Source: Candidatus Hydrogenedentales bacterium (GTDB lineage Bacteria; Hydrogenedentota; Hydrogenedentia; Hydrogenedentales; SLHB01). From it: a stretch of 64,000 bases of DNA. A model generated the notes under the pieces. The model was not told the DNA's origin. It searched no databases and saw nothing but the letters and a program-made list of their open reading frames with translations. The stretch is from contig JBMNGZ010000005.1 in NCBI GenBank assembly GCA_050950105.1, positions 320,697-384,696 of the forward strand, read 5' to 3'. The first letter of the stretch is position 1; each line of letters opens with the position of its first letter. This document shows, piece by piece, positions 27,221 through 36,973 of this stretch. The position numbers and the translations under genes are program-made.

Positions 27221-27625
27221 ATGGCTGGTTCAGGATTTTTGCAAAGCGTTCAGAGGATAAGCGCTACGGCGGGGGCGGCGCCAAACGGCGGTTTTATCCG
27301 ACCAGCAGGGGGATCGGGGTTGAACCAGGGAGAATTCAAGGCGGTGCTCCGGCACCAGAGCCAATTGGCTGAAGCCCGAGGCACAGAGGTCAGTTTTCAA
27401 GAAGCGCTGGAGGATTGGGATCAGCACCACGCTCTGCGCTGGCGGGAAGAACGCCAACGCGAGTACCTCATGTTGCAACGTGAGGAAATCCAGCGGCATA
27501 AGTGGATCGAATCTGAAAAGGCACGGCGTGACCTTGGCGCTCAGGCGGTTCTGGATTGGATCGGCACCTATGCAGAATCCTGGCGCACCTGGTACGAGCA
27601 GGAACACGGCGAAACCCGAACTTAG
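27221..27625 (+). CDS. Small protein with tandem DUF4032-like helical repeats
   Basis: EEIQRHKWIESEKARRDLG...LDW, preceded by a degenerate copy (AVLRHQSQLAEARGTEVSFQEALEDW). Confidence 0.7.
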   Translation: MAGSGFLQSVQRISATAGAAPNGGFIRPAGGSGLNQGEFKAVLRHQSQLAEARGTEVSFQEALEDWDQHHALRWREERQREYLMLQREEIQRHKWIESEKARRDLGAQAVLDWIGTYAESWRTWYEQEHGETRT

Positions 27626-27889
27626 CTCCTTTGTCCGCGATGCCGTGCCGAGGGGGGGGTGAGAGAGGTTCATATTGCAATAGTCAGCTGGCACGGCTGA
27701 ACTGTGGCCTTGAACTGCCTTTCCTCTTTTTCCATTTCTGCCGCGCCAACCAGAGAAACCGTGAAGCATGGCCGGGGATTATACTGAACACCAACGCCAA
27801 ACTTGGTATGCTCAATGCGGGCACCCTACGTGGCCGCAAACTGATCTGCGGGGCGAGAAGTGAGCCCTAACCGGACGGAGGTGTCGAGC

Positions 27890-28861
27890 ATGTGTTGCAC
27901 AACGCCATTCAGGAAGCCGGATTACAACGGGCGTGATTTAAAAAGACAGGCCACGCTTGCCCTGCTCGCTTTCTGCCTCATTGCTGCAGCGGCGCCGACA
28001 GCGGCGGCCGCCTTGAAAGCCGATCCTGACGTTCTGGTCTTTCACCATACCAGCCAATCGCTTACGGCGGCGATCACGCGCGACGGCCAACCCGTGCCCG
28101 CTGCGGAGATGGGGGGGATCAAACTCTGGGCCAGTGGCCACGATTACGCCGAGATGTTTCGTTACGACAAATCGGATGGCGCACTGACGCTGACTCCCAC
28201 GGGATTTTGCGAAGTCGGGAGTTATGACCTGGTGATGAGCACGGCGTCGGGCAACCTGAATCTCAAGGTGTTTACTCCGCTGGATGAAATGCCGGAGACC
28301 CTGGAAAGGTTGGCGGCCTCCATGAGCATCAGCCTGGATGAATTGCGCCGGCGAATGGGCCTGGTGACTTCGCTCGGTGAGGTCAGGGTCGATTTCACGC
28401 TTCCGGAAGTCTATTACGAAGGCCAGGCACTGCAGCTGGAATTCGATGTCATTGAAGCCGCGTCCCACACGTGGAAAGTTAATGACGAGATTGTCGCACA
28501 AGGCCCTGACGCTGCCCGATTGTTTTACGTCTTCGATAAGCCGGGGCTGGTTCTGGTGGAGTACACGGCCTCCCGAGCAGGACGGACGATCACGGCCGCG
28601 CAAGATTCGACCATGGTCGTGCAGGTGCCGGCGGTCAGCTGGAAAGTGCCTCGGGGCGTGGAGTTCATCTTGAGCGCGACCGCGGGTTACGGAAAATATA
28701 CGTGGAAGGTCAACGGGAAGCCCGCGGGCGAGGGGGACCGTTTGACGCACCAATTTACAGAAGCGGGACCCGCGACGATCGAATGCCTGGGCGAAGAGCC
28801 TTCCCGAGGTCCCGCAGGAACCTTTCTGCGCGTCATCTACAACGTCACCGTTACCGGTTAG
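27890..28861 (+). CDS. Secreted protein with PKD/Ig-like domains
   Basis: Signal-like segment; WKVNDE...FYVFDKPG and YTWKVNG...THQFTEAG repeats; GGAGGTG SD. Confidence 0.65.
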   Translation: MCCTTPFRKPDYNGRDLKRQATLALLAFCLIAAAAPTAAAALKADPDVLVFHHTSQSLTAAITRDGQPVPAAEMGGIKLWASGHDYAEMFRYDKSDGALTLTPTGFCEVGSYDLVMSTASGNLNLKVFTPLDEMPETLERLAASMSISLDELRRRMGLVTSLGEVRVDFTLPEVYYEGQALQLEFDVIEAASHTWKVNDEIVAQGPDAARLFYVFDKPGLVLVEYTASRAGRTITAAQDSTMVVQVPAVSWKVPRGVEFILSATAGYGKYTWKVNGKPAGEGDRLTHQFTEAGPATIECLGEEPSRGPAGTFLRVIYNVTVTG

Positions 28862-28924
28862 CTCGGGCTTATCGCGCGGGTCCCCGAATGTCCCGCGCTC
28901 CGAGAGGCCCGGCACTCTAGCGTC

Positions 28925-29623
28925 CTATCCTTGTGCGGGCAGCACAAAAAGCACAAGCGAGACAAAATGCAGTGAGCTGCCGCTCAGGACAAACAGATGC
29001 CATACGGCGTGGTGGTAGCGGAGCTTTCTCATCGCGTAAAAAATGACGCCGAAGGTGTAGCAAAGTCCTCCGCCGGCGACCCAGGGCCAGACACCCGCCG
29101 GCATGGCCTCCATCATGGGCTTGATGGCGATGAGGGCGATCCATCCCATCAGGATGTACCACAAGGTCGACAAGGCGTTATAGCGGCCCATGAAAAAAAG
29201 CTTGAACAGAATCCCCAGCGCAGCCAAGCCCCAAACCAGCCCGAACACGGTCCAGCCCCACGCGTTACGCATGACGACCAGCATGAACGGCGTGTAGGTG
29301 CCTGCAATGAGCAGGTAGATGCAGGAATGATCAAGGCGGCGGAGGAAGGGCCGCAACCGTGGGGAAGGTACGGCATGATATAGCGTGGACGCTGTGTACA
29401 GCGCGAGCAAGGTCGCGCCGTAAATGCTGAAACTCACGATTTTCCAGGGATCGCCCTGGATACTTGAGACCACGACGAGGACCGTGAGCGCGGCGACGCT
29501 TAAGGCCGCGGCGAGGCCGTGGGTGAGACTGTTCAGCAGCTCTTCTCTGGGTGTTTGCTCTCTACGTGCGGGCACGGGCTCTGCGGGCCTTTCTCCGCGC
29601 ATTGCCACGTATGGTATGCGCAC
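28925..29623 (-). CDS. trhA: Hemolysin III / PAQR family membrane protein
   Basis: EELLNSLTHG, STLYH, DHSCIYLLIAGTYTP, HAVWHLFV. Confidence 0.92.
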   Translation of the reverse strand: MRIPYVAMRGERPAEPVPARREQTPREELLNSLTHGLAAALSVAALTVLVVVSSIQGDPWKIVSFSIYGATLLALYTASTLYHAVPSPRLRPFLRRLDHSCIYLLIAGTYTPFMLVVMRNAWGWTVFGLVWGLAALGILFKLFFMGRYNALSTLWYILMGWIALIAIKPMMEAMPAGVWPWVAGGGLCYTFGVIFYAMRKLRYHHAVWHLFVLSGSSLHFVSLVLFVLPAQG

Positions 29624-29644
29624 TGGTTATTTTGCAGCCGACAG

Positions 29645-32392
29645 TTACTCGACGGCTCGAGGGCCATGCCCGGTATCGCCCGAATGACCATAATCGTCGC
29701 TATCCAGAAATTCCTGGTGGTCCATCGGTACGAAGTCGTTGAGTGCCTGCCAGTTGAATTCCCTGTCGAAGGGGTCAAACGCCTTCTGAGGGTCAAAAAT
29801 TTCCGGATTGACGGGTAAAGCTTTATACGGCGCTGCGTTCACGGGTTCTGTTTCAAACATGTCGGCCAGGTCGCATGAAAAGGCGTCGTACTGGTTGAGC
29901 GGCGGCATCCCATGTATCAGGAACATCGTTTTGAGCATGCTGCCGAAGCTCGAATGAATGTGCGAGACGTGCCCCTGTTTGGCATAGGGGCTGATCACCA
30001 TGCAGATAGACCGGTGTGCGTCCACGGTGTCCCGGTATCCCTGCGCATCGTCCTCCGTGACGAAGATGAGGGTTTCTTTCCACCAGGGGCTGTGGCTGAT
30101 AAGCTCAACCAGGCGTCCGAGCGCGAGGTCGTTATCGCTCATATAGGAGCCCCAGAAAGGATAGCCGTCGTCGGGCCGTTCGCCCGCGCCGTGGTCGTTG
30201 GGCAGCATTATCGTGATTACATCGGGGAACGGTTCTTTGCCGGAGACCCATTTTTCACGATATTCTTTCTCGAACATATCCATCCGGAACTGATCGGGGA
30301 TATTGGTGTTGTACGTGGCATAGATGCGCGAGGTGTTTTCAAACAACGGTTGTGGCATGGGGTAATTGGTGTTGAGCCGTATTCCCGTATACCAATACTC
30401 CTGCTTTTGTTCCTGGGGCTTGAATTCGAAGCCCAGCCCGAAATTGAAGAACCGCACGTCGTTGCGCTCAAAATGTTCCCATATCGAGCCCGCCTCGTTG
30501 TAATCCTCGGGATAAATGGCGCCCGATGACCCGATAAAGAGGAAATTCCCCGGCCCGTCGCCTCGGGCGGATTCGCCGATGCGCGCCTCCATGAATTCAT
30601 TCGGATAGGTGCCGACCAGCCAGCGGTGTCCGTCGACGCTGTGGTCGGAGTCGCAATAGAAGTTATCATTGATGGCAAAGCGTTTTGCCAAGGCGATGTG
30701 GTTGGGCATCAGCACAACGTCTTTGACCGTCCGAGTGCCATCCTTGTTGGTGACGTCAATGGGGCGGCCCAGGCGGCACAGTTCCGCGTCGCCTTTTCCG
30801 CCGGGAAACGCGCCGAAGATCTCGTCGTAGGTGCGGTTTTCTTTTGTGACATAGATCACGTGTTTGATGGGGCTCTGCCAGGCGCCGGGCACGGGAGGGA
30901 CCGGATGGTTTTCGGGGCGGGCCAGCGCGTCGACGGGTTGGATCACGACGTTGTTTTCAATGACCCGTTGCGTGAGAGCGTCGAGTTCGCCCTGCGATTG
31001 CGGCAGGTCGATGATGTGGACATAGCCGCGCATCAAAGCGCCGATGCCGGTGGGATCCCCTTCTTTGTGATTGGGACCCGCATTGGGCCCCGAGCCTACG
31101 CCTTTCGCGCACGCCACATACAGGCGTTTGCCGTCGGGAGACGCAGCCAGCTTACTGGGAAACCAGGCTGACGGGATGTGGCCCAGGACTTTGTGGTCGC
31201 GCAGGCGGATAACGCCAATGGCGTTGATTCCTGCTTCCGCGACGTACAAGGTGGAGTGATCCGGGGAAAGTGCGACGCCGAACGGGATCATTCCGCGCAG
31301 TTTTGCCGCCAGGGGATGCAGGATGAGGCTGATGTCTTTTTCGCGCTTGCCGGTCCGGGCGTGAATCACGCTGATGCTGTCATTGCTTCCGTTGGAGACG
31401 TAGGCATGCGATTGGGTGACCGCGATGGAATTGGGGCTGCTGCCGCCCACGGCGGGGAAGTCTTCGAGCAGTTCGCCCACCAGATGGCCGGTTTTGGTTT
31501 TTTTGACCACTTTTTCTTTGCCGGACCGGGAAATGCGGACTTTCCAGACCGACATGCCCGCAATGTCGTTCGGGTCGCCGAGACCCGGTACCACGACTCC
31601 GTCGATGGTGAGTCCTTCCTCGGCCTCTTTAGAGGGTACGCCGAACGGGGGGAAGGGGAGTTTGGCGTATTCGCCATCTTCCGTGCGGAAATAGTTGTAT
31701 TCATACATCCCGACGTTGGCCACGTAGGCATGGTCTCCTTTGGGGGAGAGGGCAATGCCGAAGGGATAGCGGCCCACGGGTATCGAGCGCAGGACCGCGC
31801 GCTCTGCGGTATCCACAATCAGCATCCGGAAATTGGATTGGTCGCAGACATAAAGCGTCTTGCCGTCGTGGCTCAATCGCAAGTCGCCGGCATAGCCGTG
31901 CCGGAAGTTCTCTCCGTCGGCGTCGTGGGCGCAATCGATACGAAACAGATGTTCACGCGTCTCCAGATCGAGCGCGGTAACACTCCAGTCTTTGCCACCC
32001 GCCACGTACAGGGTCCTGTTGTCGGGTGCGATGGCCAGGCCCATGAATGCCGCGTCGAGCACGCCCTCGCCCGCATCCTGGTCGTCGGGGATAAAAAAGA
32101 TCTCAGGCGCGTCGGGGTCTTTCATGTCCAGGATGGACAACTGAGGTCCGTCGCTGCTGACGGCGACGACCCAGCGGCCATCTTTGCTCATGGTCAGGCC
32201 ATAGGGATGCGGGCGTACTCGGAACATGGCTCCGTCCGGCGTAATGGTTCGTCCATTGGGCAGGATTGAGGTGCCGTCGGGGTCCTGAGTGCAATACTGG
32301 TCTCGGGCGGGCGCCCACATAACCATGTCCGATGCAGCCGCGGCCGCGGCCACGAGGGTCAGTACCGTGACGATTGTCAGAAAATGTTTCAT
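29645..32392 (-). CDS. YncE/YVTN beta-propeller + phosphoesterase (AcpA/PLC-like) protein, secreted
   Basis: Signal peptide; propeller repeats (VGRYPFGIAL); YVTKENRTYD, NFYCDSDHSVDGHRW, LPNDH, EDDAQ. Confidence 0.85.
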   Translation of the reverse strand: MKHFLTIVTVLTLVAAAAAASDMVMWAPARDQYCTQDPDGTSILPNGRTITPDGAMFRVRPHPYGLTMSKDGRWVVAVSSDGPQLSILDMKDPDAPEIFFIPDDQDAGEGVLDAAFMGLAIAPDNRTLYVAGGKDWSVTALDLETREHLFRIDCAHDADGENFRHGYAGDLRLSHDGKTLYVCDQSNFRMLIVDTAERAVLRSIPVGRYPFGIALSPKGDHAYVANVGMYEYNYFRTEDGEYAKLPFPPFGVPSKEAEEGLTIDGVVVPGLGDPNDIAGMSVWKVRISRSGKEKVVKKTKTGHLVGELLEDFPAVGGSSPNSIAVTQSHAYVSNGSNDSISVIHARTGKREKDISLILHPLAAKLRGMIPFGVALSPDHSTLYVAEAGINAIGVIRLRDHKVLGHIPSAWFPSKLAASPDGKRLYVACAKGVGSGPNAGPNHKEGDPTGIGALMRGYVHIIDLPQSQGELDALTQRVIENNVVIQPVDALARPENHPVPPVPGAWQSPIKHVIYVTKENRTYDEIFGAFPGGKGDAELCRLGRPIDVTNKDGTRTVKDVVLMPNHIALAKRFAINDNFYCDSDHSVDGHRWLVGTYPNEFMEARIGESARGDGPGNFLFIGSSGAIYPEDYNEAGSIWEHFERNDVRFFNFGLGFEFKPQEQKQEYWYTGIRLNTNYPMPQPLFENTSRIYATYNTNIPDQFRMDMFEKEYREKWVSGKEPFPDVITIMLPNDHGAGERPDDGYPFWGSYMSDNDLALGRLVELISHSPWWKETLIFVTEDDAQGYRDTVDAHRSICMVISPYAKQGHVSHIHSSFGSMLKTMFLIHGMPPLNQYDAFSCDLADMFETEPVNAAPYKALPVNPEIFDPQKAFDPFDREFNWQALNDFVPMDHQEFLDSDDYGHSGDTGHGPRAVE

Positions 32393-32466
32393 GGCATCCA
32401 CCTCGAAGATTCGCCCGGGAGGCGACCACGCAACTCACGCGCCCTCTCCCACCAGCCTTATCCATG

Positions 32467-32498
32467 GATTGACAAAACGGATTAACAAAACGGTTTGT
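32467..32498. promoter_or_regulatory. Tandem 13-bp repeat overlapping a 14-bp near-palindrome (candidate operator)
   Basis: GATTGACAAAACG GATTAACAAAACG; ACAAAACGGTTTGT has 6 of 7 pairs and a central CG. Confidence 0.5.
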
Positions 32499-32912
32499 GA
32501 TGCGCTGTCCCTGATTTTGCAGGCCGGGACTGCTCACAGGGTTGTTATAGGCCGATGTTTTCTTAAATACAAGTCTGATGAGAATTGGACCGTGTTCATC
32601 GGAATCGGCGTGCGGCGATGGACTCACTTCAAGTGCTTCATTTTGCTCAAAAACAATCTCCAGGCCGGGGCGGTGAGTGAATCGGCCACCAAGTCAATCG
32701 TTAGACCAGATCAACCTTCAAAAAGAGGCGAAACGAGCGCCTGCCGAGGTCTGGGCGGCTGCGCTGCTTTGGAATGGGACCTTGGGTCGGCGAAACTTGC
32801 ATCCCCTTCCGAAGAAAGGTATTTTGCGGGAAAGTACCGTGCGCGATTGCGTTTGCGGTCTGGTGTCAGCAGTGCGTGGATACTGGGCTCCACGCTCAAG
32901 GAGGGATGGGCG

Positions 32913-35540
32913 ATGCGCACTTGGACGTTGGCTGTATCTGTGGCGGTAGCGCTGGTGGGTTGTGCGATGCACGAACTTCCCGGAGTGCAGCGCGCCCTGA
33001 ACGCGGGACCAGACACGTTTCTCGATATGGCGGTCGTCGGGCCACAAGGAGATGGGACCTATGTGGTGCCCACGACACAGCTCCTGGACCCCGCAGGAGA
33101 TACGATAGAGTTCCCCGGGCGGCCATTGGATATTGCGGTACACCCCGACGGCCGGCTGCTCGCCATCAAGAACCGGACCGACGTGGTCTTCTTCGACGCG
33201 CTGGACCGCCGCGTGGTCCAGACGCTCGCCATGCCGAAGGGAGGCAGCTCGTTCTGTGGCATTGCCTGGAGCGCCGACGGGAACCGCGTGTGGACCACCG
33301 CGGCTCAGGCGGCTATCCATTGCGCTGAGCGAGGCGGCGACGGCGCCTTCGCGTGGGTCAAGACCATCAACCTGCCGGGCCCGGAAGGCAAAGGCGCTTC
33401 CGCACCCGGTGGATTTGCCCTGGACGAGGCGGACGGTCTTATCTATGTGACGCTCAGCCGGAACAACAGCGTCGGGGTGGTCGACATCTCTTCGGAGACC
33501 GTGTTGACCGAAATCCCAGTAGGTATGGCGCCCTACGATGTTCTTCTTCATGAAGGCACGGCGTATGTGACCAACTGGGGCGGGCGGCGCCCCACGCCCG
33601 ACGATATCACGGGGCCGTCCTCTGGCAGTCAGCTGGTGGTTACCCCGGCGGGCATCGCATCGACGGGGACGGTGACCGTTCTCGACCTTGAGGCCCGACG
33701 CGTCAGCCAAGAGATAGAAGTTGACCTGCATCCCTGCGGGATGGCGCTTTCATTGGACGGCGCCACGCTGTATGTCGCCAACGCAAACAGCGACACCATC
33801 AGCGTGATCGATACATCGAACCATGCGGTGAAAGGGCGCTGGATTGCCCGCCCATCGCTCGAACTTCCCTTTGGCAGCGCACCCAATGCCCTTGCACTGC
33901 AGGACCATGGCGAATCGCTGTATATCGCGCTGGGCGGCAACAACTGCATCGCCGTTATGAGCACCAAGGACGGGCGCGTCACGGGGCTGATTCCGACGGG
34001 CTGGTATCCAGGGGCTGTGGCGTTCGCGCAGGACGGTACTCTGCTCTGCGTGGCCAACACGAAGGGCGCGGGAAGCCGGTATCTGGACGAGAACACCACG
34101 CGTGCAGAAAGCGAGCGCTATCCGGGGATGCACGGCCGCAGTTCGCACGATCATCTGGGTTCAGTCACCGTAGTGGAGACACCGGACGCAAGCACGCTGG
34201 ATGCCTATACCCATCGGGCGGCCGCGGCGATGCGTTTGCCGCACATGCTGCGCGATGCGGACGCGACCGAGCACCCCAAACGCATTACGGCGATACCGGA
34301 GCGTCCGGGCGATGTCTCGCCCATCAAGCATGTGCTGTACATCATCAAAGAGAACCGCACATACGATCAGGTATTTGGGGATATGCCGCAGGGCAAAGGC
34401 GACCCGACGTTTTGCCATTTCGGGCGCGAGGTCACGCCCAACCATCACGCCTTGGCTGAGGAATTTGTGCTGCTTGACAACTTCTACTGCAATGGTATTT
34501 TGAGCGCCGACGGCCACCAGTGGACCGACGAGGGCTATGTGACCGATTATATTGAAAAGGCGTTTGGCGGCTGGTCGCGGAGTTATCCGTACGATGGCGG
34601 TGACGCCCTGGCCTATGCGTCATCGGGGTTTATCTGGGACCACGTGCTTGCCAAAGGCCTGACATTTCGCAACTATGGGGAGATGGTCAAGCCACGGATC
34701 ACGCCCAATGACGCGACGTGGGCCGACATCTACCAAGATTATTTGGACGGGACCACTACGGTCGAGATTACCGCATACACCGAGGTTAGAGGCCTCGAAG
34801 GGTATATCTGTCCCACGTTTATCGGATTTCCAGGGAAGGTGCAGGATGTGTATCGCGTGCGCGAGTTCCTCAAGGAATTTCGTGCCTGCGAGGAAAAGGG
34901 CGAATGGTACAACTTTGTGATCATGCTGCTGCCCAATGACCACACCGTGGGCACACGGGAAGGATTTCCCACGCCGCGCGCGGCGGTCGCCGACAACGAT
35001 CTCGCGCTGGGGCAGCTCGTGGAAGCCGTGAGCCACAGCCAGTTCTGGCCTGAAACGGCCATTTTTGTCGTGGAAGATGATCCGCAGGCCGGACTCGACC
35101 ACGTGGATGGACATCGTACTGTTGCGTTGTGCATCAGCCCATACACCCGGCGTGGGGAAGTGGTCAGCACGCACTACAATCAAAGCAGCATGCTTCGCAC
35201 GATGGAGTTGATCATGGGGTTGCCACCCATGAACCAGTTCGACATGGCCGCCAATCCCATGTACGCCTGTTTCACTGACACGCCGGATTTGACTCCATAC
35301 ACGTGCCTCCCCAACCAGATACCCCTGGATGAAATGAATCCGAAGCTTGCCTCACTACGTGGAAAACAGTTGTATTACGCGCAGAAATCCATGGAAATGC
35401 CCCTGGACGACATTGATCAGGCGGACGAAGGCCTGTTCAACCGGATCCTCTGGCACTCCGTCAAGGGGTATGATGTGCCCTATCCGAAGCTTGCCCGACG
35501 CGGGACTTCCGATGCGGTTGTCTGGCGTTCTAAAGATTGA
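32913..35540 (+). CDS. YncE/YVTN beta-propeller + phosphoesterase lipoprotein (paralog of 29645-32392)
   Basis: Lipobox ALVGC; YIIKENRTYD, NFYCNGILSADGHQW, LPNDH, EDDPQAGLDHVD. ATG 32913 with GGAGG SD; the ORF-track upstream extension is intergenic. Confidence 0.88.
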   Translation: MRTWTLAVSVAVALVGCAMHELPGVQRALNAGPDTFLDMAVVGPQGDGTYVVPTTQLLDPAGDTIEFPGRPLDIAVHPDGRLLAIKNRTDVVFFDALDRRVVQTLAMPKGGSSFCGIAWSADGNRVWTTAAQAAIHCAERGGDGAFAWVKTINLPGPEGKGASAPGGFALDEADGLIYVTLSRNNSVGVVDISSETVLTEIPVGMAPYDVLLHEGTAYVTNWGGRRPTPDDITGPSSGSQLVVTPAGIASTGTVTVLDLEARRVSQEIEVDLHPCGMALSLDGATLYVANANSDTISVIDTSNHAVKGRWIARPSLELPFGSAPNALALQDHGESLYIALGGNNCIAVMSTKDGRVTGLIPTGWYPGAVAFAQDGTLLCVANTKGAGSRYLDENTTRAESERYPGMHGRSSHDHLGSVTVVETPDASTLDAYTHRAAAAMRLPHMLRDADATEHPKRITAIPERPGDVSPIKHVLYIIKENRTYDQVFGDMPQGKGDPTFCHFGREVTPNHHALAEEFVLLDNFYCNGILSADGHQWTDEGYVTDYIEKAFGGWSRSYPYDGGDALAYASSGFIWDHVLAKGLTFRNYGEMVKPRITPNDATWADIYQDYLDGTTTVEITAYTEVRGLEGYICPTFIGFPGKVQDVYRVREFLKEFRACEEKGEWYNFVIMLLPNDHTVGTREGFPTPRAAVADNDLALGQLVEAVSHSQFWPETAIFVVEDDPQAGLDHVDGHRTVALCISPYTRRGEVVSTHYNQSSMLRTMELIMGLPPMNQFDMAANPMYACFTDTPDLTPYTCLPNQIPLDEMNPKLASLRGKQLYYAQKSMEMPLDDIDQADEGLFNRILWHSVKGYDVPYPKLARRGTSDAVVWRSKD

Positions 35541-35589
35541 GATGTATGAGAACATGAACCGGATTAAAGCCTGAAAAAGGGGAGCGGAG

Positions 35590-36486
35590 ATGCATAAGAA
35601 GACGGGATTTACATTGATTGAACTGCTGGTGGTGATCGCCATCATCGGCATCCTTGCAGCCATCCTGTTGCCCGCATTGAGCCGGGCCCGGGAAGCCGCG
35701 CGCCGGGCCGCCTGCGCCAATAACCTCAAGCAGATGGGTTTGGCGCTCTATATGTATGCGGATGAACATCGCGGACGCTTCCCGCACCGGCAGGTGTGGA
35801 CGGTGACGGGCGAATTGAGCCGCGAAATGATGTTTAATGGCCCCGCCATGATCCCTGAATACATCAGCGATGTGAACGTGGTGTGGTGCCCGTCGTGGAG
35901 CAAGCCGGCCGACATCATGCTGCGCTACGACGTTGGCAAGGGCAATGGCGATGGCATCATCCAGCCCGAAGAAGTAGGTCAAGAGCCTTACCACTATACC
36001 GGCTGGCTCCTCATGGATGACATCAACATCCTCGGGCCCCTGGTGGGAGTCATAGGAAATGGCATTAACGGGCGACACGATAACGACGAATACGTTGTGA
36101 CGCCCTGGGGCGAATTGGCGCAGGCCAATGTCGATACCGGCGGCGCTGCCAGCGACAACGATTTTACGGTTTCCGCAACGCACGCCGGTACCCAGGTAGG
36201 CGGAGGCAGTACCTACTACCGGCTCCGGCAAGGTATCGAGCGATTTATGGTTACCGATATCAACAATCCGGCCTCAAGTGCGGCGGCCTGCAGCATGGTC
36301 CCCCTGATGTGGGATCACGTCAGCACCAATCCCAAAGACTTCTCCCACATCCCCGGCGGCGGCAATGTGCTCTATCTGGACGGCCATGTTGAATATCTGC
36401 GCTATCCCAGTGATCGATTCCCGTTCACTCAAGACAGTGCGCGCACGCTAGGCAGGTACGGGAAAATATTTGCCGGTTTCGACTGA
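35590..36486 (+). CDS. Prepilin-type N-terminal cleavage/methylation protein with DUF1559 and H-X9-DG motif
   Basis: [51 protein letters not shown]. Confidence 0.9.
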   Translation: MHKKTGFTLIELLVVIAIIGILAAILLPALSRAREAARRAACANNLKQMGLALYMYADEHRGRFPHRQVWTVTGELSREMMFNGPAMIPEYISDVNVVWCPSWSKPADIMLRYDVGKGNGDGIIQPEEVGQEPYHYTGWLLMDDINILGPLVGVIGNGINGRHDNDEYVVTPWGELAQANVDTGGAASDNDFTVSATHAGTQVGGGSTYYRLRQGIERFMVTDINNPASSAAACSMVPLMWDHVSTNPKDFSHIPGGGNVLYLDGHVEYLRYPSDRFPFTQDSARTLGRYGKIFAGFD

Positions 36487-36973
36487 GCAGCGGGAGTCAT
36501 TGCGCGGCTCAAATCCGGCTTGGACGGCTTTGTCGATGGCGCGAGGGGGAAATAGAGGCATGGAACCCGGATGCCCGGTCGACCCCTTGCAGGGAGCGTG
36601 AATCGCAGTGGTCAGCGCATGAATTTCGCGTCCCGCTCGCATGGGGATGACATGCGGTAAAATGGGTGGTGCCATGGGTTTACATCGGCTCACTCCCGTT
36701 TGCCAGGATGGAGATCCCGTGGTCCAAAACCGAAGGGTGACGAGCCTGCGGCGCTGTGCCGGGGCAGTCTACTGCAATAGATGGGGGTGTGTCGCTTTTT
36801 TCAGATGACATTGGGTCATTGAATCGCATACGATGTAGGCGCCTGATTGTTCGAGTGTCGTTACATAAGTGGTTCGAGTGAATCTGATGTGATGCAGCAG
36901 AAAGCAATGGCTCGGCGCGTGCCGCGCGGCAAAAATGGCAGCACTCGTATCGGCAGAGCCTAAGCGTTAAGAA

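Noticed and set aside
32467-32492. Pho box upstream of the phosphoesterases
   Set aside because: The repeat period is 13 bp rather than the 11 bp of PhoB boxes.
32289-32912. 208-aa N-terminal extension of the plus-strand phosphoesterase ORF
   Set aside because: It overlaps the opposite gene's start and AT-rich promoter DNA; the SD and lipoprotein signal fit ATG 32913.
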